Shown: positions 25,282 through 37,366 of the stretch, one piece after another | Numbering within the stretch: position 1 is the stretch's first letter | How the letters are laid out: each line of letters starts with the position of its first letter | DNA from: Spirogloea muscicola | Taxonomy: Eukaryota | DNA length: 64,000 nucleotides | Reading direction: 5' to 3' | Assembly: GCA_009602725.1 (NCBI GenBank) | Contig: WELB01000027.1 | Coordinates: forward strand, 395,459-459,458 | The notes under the pieces: model-generated | Seen by the model: the letters and a program-made list of their open reading frames with translations, nothing else | Databases searched by the model: none | Told to the model about the DNA's origin: nothing | Program-made: the position numbers and the translations under genes

Positions 25282-27479
25282 CCAAGTTGGCCCCATTGAG
25301 ACCGGCCGACGCTGCAGCAGTGGCAAGTGGAGATGACGCAGCCCCCGTTGCTGCCAGTACGAGCCCCCGCGCTGGTCAACCTGCTGGCGATAAGTGGCTC
25401 GATGAGCCGGCCAGAAGCTCAGAGCGCCCCGCTGCTGAGGGCATGGACGGCGCTGCCGAGCTCAGCGAGAAGATGCAAGACGACAGCGATCACGCCATCG
25501 TTATGGCTCCCCTGGCCAACGGCACTGCGAGGCCTGTCGACCAGGGCGACTTGAGCAGCGGCGGTGCCGCTGCGAAGGAGGCGGCGACACTACCGTCGCC
25601 GAGGGGGGGCAGCATGGAGCCAGATGACCACGAGCTCGGGCAGCAGGACGGGATGAGCGAGAGCATGCGGCGCGCAGGGCCCGGCACCGCCTCCACAGAG
25701 CGCATCACGCGATGGCGCTGGACGCTCCACCAGATTGGTCAGTCTCAACAACTCTGCAAGCTCTGCAGCGGCATTGGACTTGATACATGCGGTGGGGCTG
25801 AGGCAGCCTGGCCGTGCCCCTGCAGGCCTGGACGTGATGCGCACAGACCGGGTGCTGGAGTTCTATGAAGTGGCGGAGCACCGTGCGCGCTTGTGGGACA
25901 TCCTCGCCGTCTACTCCTGGCTCGACCCCGAGGTCGGCTACTGCCAGGGTGAGGCTGGCGCTCTTCTGGTGCCAGCTGGCTGCATTTCAGTCTGCCGATT
26001 CGAGCGTGCTCCCTCCTTCAACAGCCAGCCTCAGAGCCGCCCCATGACCAGTGGTGAACGGCGGCCACAGTGGCGGCCCGCATTCTGATCACGCTGCCAC
26101 GCCGGGCCGAGCGCTGCGCTGGCTGCAGGCATGAGCGACCTTCTGTCTCCCCTGCTCATTGTGTTCCGCAACCGGGAAGAAGCGGACGCCTTCTGGTGCT
26201 TCGAGTTCCTTATGCGGCGCCAGGTGGGCCCTCTGCTACCTGCCCTCTGCTTCCTGTGGCTGGCACCATGCTTCACGCGCCGCAACGGGCTGTTGCGTCA
26301 CCCGAGGCGCCTCTGTCGTCTCGCAGCGCGAGAACTTCACGGGCGACCGACGAGGTCTGGGCGTCCAGTGCCAGCTTGACGGCGTGGGGCGTGTCATCAG
26401 CGCACTGAACCCCAAGCTCCACAATCACCTCGGTATATACTTACCTCTGGGGATCCCAGTCCAGTGGTGCCCTTCTGCAGCGTGTACGCCCTCCCTGGTC
26501 TCCCCAGTCCCTCGCTGCAAACGGCAGGCACAGGGCTTGACTCCTGCCGAGTCCTGTGCCCTGCTCCTGTGGCACTGCAGCGGAGCTTGGCGGCAGCTCC
26601 TACTTCTTCACGTTCCGGATGCTCATGGTCCGCTTCCGCCGCGAGTTCAGCTTCGCCGACATCCTGTACCTGTGGGAGGTCTGCGCCGACGCTCAATGTT
26701 GGCCATTCAGGCACTACATCTGTATATCGTTCGTGCTCTGTTAGTGGATTGGTGTTGGCAGGTTATTGGAGAGGGAATTCAGTCAAGCGAGCAGCGGCTC
26801 AGAGGGCAGCTCGCTGACTATCATTCAACGGTTTCCCCCTCTTATCTTAAGTATATCTTGACTATCATCGATCTCTAAATCGCCTGCACTTGCAAATGAA
26901 ATATTGCAGATGCTTTGGGCGCTGGAGTATGACTCGCAGGAGGCCGCCAGGCAGGCCTACATCGAGCGAGTGCCGTTGGAGAGGCGCCCCAAGAGTAGTG
27001 GGCGATTGCTGACGCCAGCCGCCATAGCCAGCCCGCCAACGACTGCCACAGACGCAGCCATGCTGCGCAGCGCCCGCGTGCTCGGCAAGTACCGGCAGCA
27101 GCAGCTGCTGCTTGGCGGCGGGGCAGCAGCCCAGCAGCTGGGCAGCAAGGAGGCGCGTGCGCAGGAGCTGGTCGTCTTCTGCGTCGCTGCGCTGGTCCTC
27201 CGCGCTGGCCGCCTGCTCGGCAAGGCAGCGGGCCTTGACGAGGTCGTCAAGGTGCGCAACTGTGGGTACGGCGTTGATGACATCAGATTGCTTGCATGCT
27301 ACAGCCCACCATTTGTGCCGGCCAAGCCTGACAAAGCATCGGAGCCTCCTATGCGTGTGCAGCAAGTCAATGATATGACTGGCCACCTGGACGTTAAACT
27401 TCTCTGCAAGCGAGCTCTCGCTACCCACAAGCGTTACCTCTACAAGGTAGTCCAAGTTGCCTCGCACTTCAAGGGGTGA
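25173..27479 (+). CDS. TBC-domain Rab GTPase-activating protein (Gyp7/TBC1D15-like); N-terminal exons not visible
   Basis: LHQIG|LDVMRTDR (IxxDxxR arginine finger), LWDILAVYSWLDPEVGYCQG|MSDLLSP (YxQ glutamine finger), EADAFWCFE, YFFTFRMLMVRFRREFSFADILYLWE|MLWALEY. Confidence 0.93.
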
Positions 27480-28794
27480 CTATTGTGCCTGCTTTGCTGG
27501 CCAGTGAGCATCCATGTATGCTCGTCCTGGTTCAGCGAGGATGCCAATAACGCTTTGGCAATGTTGCTCAATGGGCTGCCAGGCAGGTGGTATTAGGTGA
27601 TGCTTGGAAGCAGTAAGGAGCACAGCGGATTTCACCAAGGGAGGCATTCGTCTGCCGTTGGTCTGACAGGGGCCTAGTCCTGAGTCTGAACTGCAGTTTG
27701 CTTACATCCGCCAAGTACGGCTGTGAAAAGGTGCTGCTTGCATGCACCACATTGCATCCCCATGTGCTAGCAGCCAGGCAGCACACCTGAATCAGCCTGT
27801 TGTGGCAAACAGGATGTCGCTTGCCTTTCCAGCACATTGCACTTGCTGACGAGTGCCTTGGGTGGCTAACTGCTGCTGATCTTGCTTCCGCTGCCTAAGA
27901 ATGAAGGTCGTAGAAGCCTTGGCATGCACACAAGGCTGAAATTCTGAAATGATAGTTACTGTGGCTTTAGATCGACTCCGCTGCGACACTTTTGTCTAAT
28001 TGATATTGTTGCATGCAATACATTGCCTGTCTCGTCTCTCGAGTGTATTCTTGAGTCTGTCTCAAGATTCTGCAGACAGGGCAAGTTTGTGGAGCACTCC
28101 AAAGAGCTGTATGAAAAAGCCCGCAATGGTGTAAGCATATGCTACCTGTTGTGTGGCCCTCGTATCATGCTCCGTGAGGGTTGGCACTTGAAGCAAGTGA
28201 AGAAACTATGTGAAGAAACTATGCGCAGCACTAGCACAGGTCCCATCATTTGTGATATTGTCAACGAGGTTGCAGCGTTTTCAGATATGCACCATTAGTG
28301 CAGTGTATGAGTAGCCCCTGTCAGATGGACCAGATACAGGCGGAACGCACAAGTAGCATGGCTTGCCTCAAAGAAATAAGCTCATCCTGCGGGGACCAGG
28401 GCTGGCCACTTGAGTTGCTGTCTGCTTTAGTGCTTTTCTGGCCACTTTGAACTTCATTCATCCATTTTCCTGGCTGGCCAACCACAGCCTTCGCCCTTTA
28501 CTGGAAGCGTATCTACTCTGTCGAAAGTCCGCCCTTGCTACTTGCAAGAGCCACGTTCTTTCTTCTAAATATAAAGAAGAAAGAGTCTTCTTCCTCGTAG
28601 AGAGCGAGGTCGTACAGAGTCTGACGAAAGACCTTGTCCCGTTACCATTGCCCCGTTGCCTGGAATTGGCCTCCCTTTTCCCTTTTCTCTGTACTGGGCC
28701 GGAAACAAGGTCTGAAAGGGGGAAGGCACGCGGGTGCGCATGAGATTGAAAGGAAAATGCGTGTATATTAAGAGATGGGGAGGCCATGTGTGGC

Positions 28795-28925
28795 CAAGTA
28801 CAAAGGCAAGCACATTGGACAAATGTACGTCACCTGCTGCTAAGCTGACCCGCTCAGTAACCACGAGTCAGCACATAGAGGTCGCTAGCTGACGCTCGAA
28901 TACCGGACGGCAATTGACTAGCTCT
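28795..28925. repeat. Dispersed ~130-bp repeat, also at ~14562-14690 and partially at ~56610-56660 and ~24995-25012
   Basis: Shared CAAGTA-AAAGGCAAG-ACATT..CA..TGT..C..C.CCTGCTGCTAAGCT.ACCCGCTCAGTAACCAC.AGTCAGCACATAGAGGTCGCTA.CTGA. The reverse strand reads ..SDLYVLTRGY*, linking it to the LINE 3' end. Confidence 0.85.
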
Positions 28926-30165
28926 TGTGCCNNNNNNNNNNNNNNNNNNNNNNNNNNNNNNNNNNNNNNNNNNNNNNNNNNNNNNNNNNNNNNNNNNNNN
29001 NNNNNNNNNNNNNNNNNNNNNNNNNNNNNNNNNNNNNNNNNNNNNNNNNNNNNNNNNNNNNNNNNNNNNNNNNNNNNNNNNNNNNNNNNNNNNNNNNNNN
29101 NNNNNNNNNNNNNNNNNNNNNNNNNNNNNNNNNNNNNNNNNNNNNNNNNNNNNNNNNNNNNNNNNNNNNNNNNNNNNNNNNNNNNNNNNNNNNNNNNNNN
29201 NNNNNNNNNNNNNNNNNNNNNNNNNNNNNNNNNNNNNNNNNNNNNNNNNNNNNNNNNNNNNNNNNNNNNNNNNNNNNNNNNNNNNNNNNNNNNNNNNNNN
29301 NNNNNNNNNNNNNNNNNNNNNNNNNNNNNNNNNNNNNNNNNNNNNNNNNNNNNNNNNNNNNNNNNNNNNNNNNNATGGCCAAGCACTACTGCACCCACAG
29401 TGCCAAACAACTTCTGTGTGCCTGTCGCAACGACGCAAGGCAAGTGGCTCATTTTCACTTGAGGGATAATTAAGCTCTTGTTAAAGGAAGTGAGAGTGGA
29501 ACTTTGGGGGTAAAAGCTATCTAATGACATTGAATCGTGCATCGCTCTGCAGGTACCGTAGAGGACAGGTCTTGCAGCCGAGGAGCGAGCAAGCTGCTGG
29601 CGCTGGAGCTCTCACCTGTGTCGTCCACAGCGACCAGCCGGGACAGCACTACCGAATGCAACACCTGAGCAATGGCAAGCAGACATCAGCCAGCAGGCAA
29701 TAAACATATACACAATCAGTAAGTTGACACATCGGTGGCGTGTAGCCAGTGTGATGAGTAGCGACTGCTAGACTGATAGGCTTGAAGCCAGATGACTGCT
29801 CGGCTTTCGCTGTGCGGCACCCAATCTCAAGGAGCGACATAGCGTGGTGTCATAGTAGCAGGGCCGGAGGGCAATACCTCGGCACCAGACTGGCTTCGGC
29901 TGCGGCTCCGGCTGCCATCAACGCCAGAGGGCGAGGACCGAGTGCGCGCGATGCTGTTACTACTGCCCAGCGGCAGCTTCAGGGGCTGGTAGTGGAAGGA
30001 GGCGTTCCCGCTCTGCAACGCAGCAGATTTTGTGGGCTCAAGCTCGCACAAAACAACGGTAATTTCCCTAACTGGCAATGCTGGCTATTGTTGGAGACTG
30101 TCTTATAACGTTGACTATATGTATGTCTTGTGGGTACAAGCCCTACTAAGCCTACTGTTACTAAC

Positions 30166-30238
30166 AGGTGTACGGCTCGGTTGACAGAGCACTGGGCTTT
30201 TAATCTAATGGTCGCAGGTTCAAGCCCTGCTACAGTCC
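30166..30238 (+). pseudogene. Degenerate tRNA-Lys(UUU)-like sequence of plant-mitochondrial type (copy 1)
   Basis: AGGTGTACGGCTCGGTTGACAGAGCACTGGGCTTTTAATCTAATGGTCGCAGGTTCAAGCCCTGCTACAGTCC: anticodon loop CT-TTT-AA, T-arm GCAGG-TTCAAGC-CCTGC. Close to plant mitochondrial trnK(UUU) as recalled. D-loop GG and acceptor stem are damaged. Confidence 0.75.
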
Positions 30239-30308
30239 CTTTTGTCGTAGATTGTCTCATAACGGTGATATCGTAGGTCTGAGCCCTACTGAGCTTACTG
30301 TTACTAAC

Positions 30309-30387
30309 AGGTATACAGCTCAGTTCATGTAGCACTAGCACTGGGCTTTCACTCTGATGGTCGCAGGTTCAAGCCCTGCTACACTCA
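30309..30387 (+). pseudogene. Second, more decayed tRNA-Lys-like copy (tandem duplicate)
   Basis: Same upstream flank (GCCCTACT.AGC.TACTGTTACTAACAGGT) and identical T-arm ATGGTCGCAGGTTCAAGCCCTGCTACA; has a small insertion and an altered anticodon loop. Confidence 0.7.
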
Positions 30388-30487
30388 GGCGGGTATGATG
30401 GAAGTGGTGGACATGCTAGGTTTAGGTTTTGTGTTCAGTTTACTTAGTTTAGTTTACCGTTGTTGGTTTGATGGGGGTCGTCTCCAG

Positions 30488-30675
30488 TGTACCTGCGGGC
30501 CGTTGTGGCCGCCGTCGAACAGGGCGCTGAGCTTGGCGGCGGCGGCGGCGGCGCGGCGGCCGGTGGAGGCGGCGGCGGGGGGGCGGCGGCGGAGGAGGAG
30601 AAGAAGGAGGAGGAGAAGAAGGAGGAGGAGAAGGAGGAGAGCGACGACGACATGGGCTTCTCGCTCTTCGACTAG
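30488..30675 (+). CDS. Terminal exon of a 60S acidic ribosomal stalk P-protein (P2-like); upstream exons unresolved
   Basis: After the acceptor tctccag: Gly/Ala hinge plus EEKKEEEKEESDDDMGFSLFD* (conserved P-protein C-terminus). P2-like pieces IKLLLKEV and GASKLLAL at ~29469-29610. Confidence 0.75.
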
Positions 30676-32061
30676 CCGCTCGTCCCGCGGCCTGGCCCGC
30701 CTCGCTCGTGGTCCTGTGGCAGCAACACGACACAGAAGCCATCACGACGCCGGCTGCGGTCAACCCATTTGGTGCTCCATTACTTGCTGCTGGCATTCAC
30801 CTCAGCTGTCAGCTGTGCCGCAGACTAGCAGCCAGGCGGCGGGGTCTCTGTCCAGCGAACGCCCATGTTGTCCACGGCTGCAGCTTGCTGAGCTTAGACC
30901 CATGCTGCTCGCACGCGGCCGTCACAGCACTGCGGCTGCACGCCATGGCGGCTGTCCAAGCTCATGTGGCCACTGGCCTGCAAGGCGTCCGGCTGGCCTT
31001 CATCTCTCATCGCTGCGACGGAGCACGTGATCATGGTCTCCAGTTTTTGTACTATGGTTGCTTGCATTCGGTACCGTTTGTATTTTGCTTGGTTGTACGT
31101 CATTGGTGTCGTGGGTAGCCTAGACTTCTCTGGTGACAGGCTGTGGACATAGGCTGAGGTGGGCATTGGTGTGACATCTTCCACCCAAATCAGGAGAATG
31201 ATCTTGTCAGGGACATGGATAGATTGCGAAAACCTTTCCAATGAGCCCTCATTGGTCGAGACTTGCCTGCCACAGCTTGAAGTTGGTTACTGCGCTGCAT
31301 GCTTGCGCTGCAGCTGTGCATCACTCTGGTCGGGATTGAAGGTGGTCGAGCAGTCACGCATTGCTGAGCCTTTGTTTCTGAGGTCTTCCTTTATGCAATT
31401 GCGACTGACTGACCAGCAAGTCATTTTAGTCCATGTTGTGCACCTACAGTGAACGGGTGCAGCTGGCAATGCAGTCAGCACTGCTTGCTTGCTGATTTTG
31501 GCTGATTTTGGCGCACTTCTTGGGCCGGAAAGGCACCATCACAGAGTGGTCCTGGTTACCCAGGTCGCGGTCCGCAGATCCCGTGCGTATCAAGTGGTTG
31601 TTAAAGCACGTCTTTGTGCCACACCTCAGAGTCACTGATCTGCACTTCTGCCAGCCTTGGGCACTCACATAGTGGCCAGTAGATATTGCACGTAACAGCA
31701 AATAGAGCAGATCTGCTGTTCCCCACCGTAGTGTTAACATTGTTCAATGTACATTGCTGCGGGTGTAAGAGTAGGAATGCCCATCACAATGTGATGCCTC
31801 TGGGCTGTATAACTCCAGAGCTGCTAATATTATACATCAGCTTGGCAAACGTCTTCCAATACGGAGCTTTGCCTGTAAGACTGAACACTGCTTGCCAGAT
31901 GGTTCCCCACTGAGCACCTTGGAGGTGGTGCAAGACGGCAATGGCCACGGAGCACGATCAGAGCCACACGAGCTACCTTCAGTAGCAGCAACTTAAATTA
32001 GGGACATCATTGATGCACCCTCCTTGCCGAACGTGAGGGCCAGGGCGGCTGCGGCGCCACC

Positions 32062-34864
32062 TCATGAGCCCCACGACGATACATGAATGCAGCCGTGGTC
32101 ATTCCATCCCAGCATCAGCGCATTGCCGTCCTGCGATACCGCAAAGCGCTTGCTATCATTGTCGACGTAGTCTGCCACCATTGCCCGCACCTCGTGCACC
32201 ATTGCGGAGCTGAACGGTCTGCAACACAGACCACACCCACGCCAGCGTTTCAGCACCGAAGCTGGGAGCCACCCGGTCTACTGGTCACCTTTCGCAAACA
32301 TCTTCCCCTCGGGACTCTTGCAGTGTACCTTGGCGTGAAGTGAGCGTCATCCAGGCGCTCTCGCCACTTGACCAGGGGCTCAGTACGGCGGACGCGGTCA
32401 AGGCCTTCGCACGCAATGATGTTCATGATCTCCCGCCCAAAGACGTGCTCCTCAAAGAGCTGCCGGTTGACGCTGCCGCGTGGCATGCACGTGTCGATTG
32501 CATTCATGCCGCAGTAGTAGAACTCCACAGCCTGCGTACGTGCAGCCGAGCAGCCACGGCAAAGCATCAGCAGCCATTGCAGTCCACACAAGTCAAGCTT
32601 GTCCCAGAAAGCGGCAGACAGAGGTGCTCCTGCTGCACGACTCATCTCCTTTACGTGTCAACCAGCTGGCCAGGTTACTATAAGCTTGTAATTACCCCTC
32701 GAAAGCGCTGGAGGAAGAAGGGGCAGTTGAAGTAGGTCTCCATCTCAGCAAGCGCCAGGACGCGAGGGCGGAGGCGCCGGAGCGCCCGCAGAGCAGCATT
32801 GCGGGGGTTGGAGCGAATGACGCTGGCGTCAGGCACGTTCTGCAGGCGCATGACCGCGTTGATGGCAAGTGCCTCGCCAGCCTCGAGCTCGAGGAGCGCC
32901 GGTGTCAGGTCCTCGAACTTCGCCACCAGGACGGAGCACTCGAACGGTATGCCGAGCTCCCGTGCCAGGTGGGCAAGCTGGGCGCCCAGCTGCCTGCAGT
33001 CACTGTTCCGCTCCTTGCCAAGGTGAGCTGCCTCTGCATCGGGTGGGTCCACGAATGTGATGCGAAGGAGCGGTGGGCCGCCAGGCCGCAGTGCCAGTGC
33101 GCGGAGCGCCGGCTGCCACTGGCTGCCCTGCACCCGTGCACGAGCATCATCAGCGCACGCATTGAGCCGCAGCTCGTCAAGCGAAGCCCATCAGGCAAAC
33201 GGCCGTCCGCGAGCATGCTGCTTGCTATCATGGCTATGTTGAGCAGGGGCTGTGGGCTGCGCTGCAAACCTGCCACATGGAGATGTCCAGGATGTGCACC
33301 CGGCGCTCAGCCGCCACTGCCTCCAAGATCGCGCCATTGGCTGACATGATGCAGAACTTGATGAAGGGCAGCGCCTCCGCAAAGTCCTGGGATGATGCCG
33401 CCATGTCCTAAAAGGGAACCCGCCCACATGCCAGCCGCACATGCGTCAGGTTGATGCTTGACTAAGGCAACAACGACTAACACCCAATTGAGCTGTACTT
33501 ACCAGCAGCTGTGAAGATGAACAGCGACAAAACACCAAGCAAGTAACAAGAGCGTGATAATGAGAGTGCCGCTTTTGCTCCACTTCTGAGACATGGACTA
33601 GTTCCGCGGTGCCTCAATCTGGCAAGGTGGAGCAATGGATGTGCTGAAGGACGGGAGGTGAGTGGTGCAGATTTGTGGAAGGGGGATCAAAACGATGGAG
33701 AAGGTCATATCGCAGTCACTGGGGGACAGACCTGGGGCCGGATACGGGAGGGCTGGCGGTACTGCACAAGGCCGAGGCCCTGCGTGCGCGCCCACAGGGC
33801 CTCCATGAAGTAGAAGGCGGTTCGCTGCGCAGGCGTGCCGGTGGGGGTCGCCTCGCGGCGCAGCGCAGAGTGCAGCAGGCGCGCACGGGCATGGTCGCAG
33901 GTCGCCACCGCCTCCGCGAGCGAAGCCAGCTGCTTCGCCAGCAGCGGCACGCTGGCTGAGAGGGTAGGCGCCACGGGCCAGCTCACAATGCGCGTCTTAT
34001 CGGCAGTGGCGGCCGCGGATGCTGCCGCTGTCGGCGGTTGGCCCCAGGGGCCGCCCGGCCACTTGGAGAGCGTGGCCCCCACAGGCTTTGGCAGCAGCAT
34101 GGAGGTGTTGAGCGATGTCAGGCTGCCCGGCGGGACCTGCGTCAGCCAGGGCTGCGGCCACGCGGCGAGGCCCCCCCGCAGCTTGATGCCGCCGTCGCCA
34201 GAGTGCGGGCGCTTGAGGGGCGCAGCGCCGTCAGCGGCTTTGGCGGGGTCCAAGCACGCGCGGCCGCGCCGCACGACAATGTCCTTGGACGGGTCCGGCC
34301 AGCGCTTGCGCATCTCAACGAGCAGGCAGCGGACGCAGCTGCAGCCCTCCTTGCAGCCAGGCCGCACTCCGTCGCCGCCGCAGCGGTCGACGCCGCCGCC
34401 GTTGCCGCCAACGACGGCCCTGGCGCCAGAAACGCCTGCCCTGTTGCCCTGCTCCACAGCCTCGCCATCTCTGCTGCTCAGCCTGCTGCAGACCCCACTG
34501 CCAATGCCGCTGCCGCCGCTGCCGCCGCTGCCGCTACCGCTGCCGCTTCGAGCGCCGCCTGGCGGCGCCGCGGTGGCGGTCTCGTCGGTGGAGCGTGCCG
34601 GCGAGCAAGATTGCCGCTGCAGCGCGAGGTCGGAGCCAGACGCCTCGCCCACCGACTCCGCCGCCACCGCCGCCGCCGCCGCCGCTGCCGCCGCCAGGTC
34701 GTCGGACGCTGCCATCCACTCCGGGATGCTCACTTCCTCCGCCGCCTGCGCCGTGATTGGCGCGTCCCACCAGTTGTCCTCCCCGACGCCGTTGTCACAC
34801 AGGGCCCAGGGCTCGTCCGCAGGCCATGCCAGCAACGCCGAGTCGACATCGTCGTCGTCGCCGT

Positions 34865-34904
<40 letters not shown>

Positions 34905-35021
34905 GCCGCCGAGCGGCGGAGGCGAGAGGCCGCTCTCAACGCCGCCGTTTGCGGTGTGGAAGCTGCCGGCGGCGGGTGCAGCGTGGCAGGCCCGCTTTCC
35001 GGGGGGGCCTGCGCCGCCCCC
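32062..35021 (-). CDS. GRAS-family transcription regulator 1 (multi-exon; start lies in the N-gap)
   Basis: LHRI (LAEAVATCD...ATPTGTPAQRTAFYFMEALWAR), PFIKFCIMSANGAILEA...VHILDI (VHIID), QWQPALRALALRPGGPPLLRITFV, PFYRE-like (FFLQRFRG|AVEFYY), IMNIIACEGLDRVRRTE..KW, LMLGW...VSSW* (SAW). Confidence 0.95.
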
Positions 35022-35324
35022 NNNNNNNNNNNNNNNNNNNNNNNNNNNNNNNNNNNNNNNNNNNNNNNNNNNNNNNNNNNNNNNNNNNNNNNNNNNNNNN
35101 NNNNNNNNNNNNNNNNNNNNNNNNNNNNNNNNNNNNNNNNNNNNNNNNNNNNNNNNNNNNNNNNNNNNNNNNNNNNNNNNNNNNNNNNNNNNNNNNNNNN
35201 NNNNNNNNNNNNNNNNNNNNNNNNNNNNNNNNNNNNNNNNNNNNNNNNNNNNNNNNNNNNNNNNNNNNNNNNNNNGATGCATACAGGTGTTCATGACGGA
35301 GCCAAAGGCTAGGCAGACAGGGCG

Positions 35325-35490
35325 CCCTCAATACCCCCGTGTCAGCAGTAGGAAGTCAGATGAGCTGAGGGGAGGAAGAGCAACCCCGCTGCGCAAGCCA
35401 GAGGCTGCTGCAAGGGCGCGACCAGCGCGGCGGTGCAAAGCAAGCGCTTGGGAGCGCTGCAGGGACATAGACAGTCGCATACGGTAGCAG
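35325..35490 (-). mobile_element. 3' end fragment of the RLE-type LINE
   Basis: YRMRLSMSLQRSQALALHRRAGRALAAASG...SDFLLLTRGY*, homologous to the copies at ~24500, ~42450 and ~48100. Confidence 0.7.
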
Positions 35491-36327
35491 AATACGGTGC
35501 CAATGGCTGGAGGTCCCGATGGTAAGAATAAAGCAATGATCGGATTCACTCCCTCGTGGCCGTCAGGTCTCACATCTGCAACGTCGCTTAGACTTTAGGG
35601 ACAGCCCCGTTCAGCGGATCCGCGGATTATACAGCCGCCATGGCCGGTGCGGTCGTCGCGAGCCGCCTGTTGCCATCTAACGAGTGAGAGACGCTTCCAG
35701 TAGATGGGCGATGGCTGTGAGAGGCCAGCCTAATGGGCTGCTGGCCTGTTCAGATTGTACTGGCTAAGTTTGCCGCCCTTTCATTACCAAATCGTGCGCC
35801 TACTCACAGCCATCAAAAACCATCAACCCCACTGGAAGAGCCCCTTTGGTTGCATAGGTCCTCGGTGCCATGACCTAGTAGGACATATTGCTAGTCTAGG
35901 AATTGCCCAACATGAAGAATGAATTTCCGACTGACATCCGCTTGCCGCAGCAGCATGGTTGTCCTTCTTGCGCCGCTGCGTATCACCGCTGCCACCGCTT
36001 CTTATGTGGGAGCATAACATGTTGCCTTCTGTTCCTCCTATTGCCTCTTTGCCCCTCGAAGAAGGCGAAGATGGGCACTTCCCCAAGGATTGGCACGCTT
36101 TCGCCACAATTCTTTGTGTGCGTTGATCAAAAATCTGAGACTCATGATGAAGAGTCGCTATTGTGATGTGCTGAGGGAATGCAGATTGTGTGGTAGATGG
36201 CGCGACACGTGTGTCTCTGGGCTTGCCACCTGGGCCATCGAAAGGACTTCGCCATCTCTTGTATGTCTTCTGCAACAGTGCATACTGACCAATGTTAAGG
36301 TGCTTTGCTCGGCACAACTGATGCTTA

Positions 36328-36794
36328 CAGTCATACCTCGTTATAGGCACCCACGGATAAGGGCACATTAGGGCAACCCCTTGATAGTGGCACCTTTTTG
36401 CGGGAAGCACTTTTTTTTTCCCCAGGCAAAAGTGACTCGATAAGGGAACATGCCGTTATGTACAGGCACAGTTTTTCGGGGCAAATTCCCCCACTAGAAG
36501 TGCCTATATGAAAACAAATCCACCATATCTCTTATATTCTCTACAGGGATTAGGGTTGAGGTTTAGGGTTTAGGGTGTGGGGTTTAGGGTTTAGGTCTAG
36601 GGTTAGGGTCTAGTTTTACTAACCCTAGACCTAAACCCAGAAAGCCATGTTTCAAATATAATTTGATACTTTGCTGATTGTCACGGTAGAAGCACATTTG
36701 GGGGCAATAGTGCCTTTACAACGAACAAGCACACCTCGATATAGTCACACATTTTCGCCAAACCGGCCGACGTGCCTATAACGAGGAATGACTG
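36328..36794. mobile_element. Non-autonomous Tc1/mariner (pogo/Tigger-like) MITE, 467 bp, with 23-bp TIRs and TA target duplication
   Basis: TA|CAGTCATACCTCGTTATAGGCAC (36328-36350) ... GTGCCTATAACGAGGAATGACTG|TA (36772-36794): 22/23 inverted match. AT-rich interior, no ORF. Confidence 0.88.
36546..36640. repeat. Interstitial degenerate telomere-like repeats (TTTAGGG) inside the MITE
   Basis: GGGATTAGGGTTGAGGTTTAGGGTTTAGGGTGTGGGGTTTAGGGTTTAGGTCTAGGGTTAGGGTCTAG, then inverted CTAACCCTAGACCTAAACCC. Confidence 0.8.
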
Positions 36795-37366
36795 TACATG
36801 AATGTAATCTGGTCAAGGATGCGAGATAGAGCCAGGCAGTCTGTGAGGCTTCTGCAGGGCACGCGGCGCTTGCATCCAATAGAGCGAGCAGCAAATGCTC
36901 CAGAGACCTCAAAAGACCCAGATGGCATGGTGAGGTCAGGAGCTGCTCGCAATGAAGCATTTACCACGTGTACACTCTTGGAACAACCTTATTAAGCATC
37001 TTGTAATTGACAGGCTCGGCTGGGTGGACTTTATGGCTGCACGTACTTGCACGCACCGCTTGCACCCGAGCAAACTCAATTGAACAACAGAACCGATTGG
37101 GGACCAGCTGATCAAGCGGGTGCAGTAAATATCATCAAGGAGGCAAGACCATCGGGATTCCCAGGTCGCCAGGATATAACGGCTTGAGGTGCCATGGCAA
37201 GAACTCATGCAAGTTGACTCAGTGCTCCAAACTCTGCATGTTAATAGCTAAGAGAATGAGCGAGCATGTGCTGGCTCGAATGTAGGGTAATACAAGGGGT
37301 GCATGGCGTGGGGCAAAGCTTTGCGGACGTCTTTGCTCATGTACTCCGGCAGTCGGGGAGAAAAGC

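Noticed and set aside
27900..28300. Lower-GC 91-aa ORF downstream of the TBC gene
   Set aside because: No true ATG context or family signature; cannot be supported.
29745..29780. C/D-box snoRNA-like motifs (GTGATGA...CTGA) in the putative P-protein intron
   Set aside because: The boxes are too close together, with no terminal stem or identifiable rRNA guide.
33835..35487. Long plus-strand ORFs (550 aa, 424 aa) and similar antisense ORFs over MinD, the methyltransferase and SEC23
   Set aside because: Shadow ORFs caused by high GC and N-runs opposite real genes; no recognisable domains.
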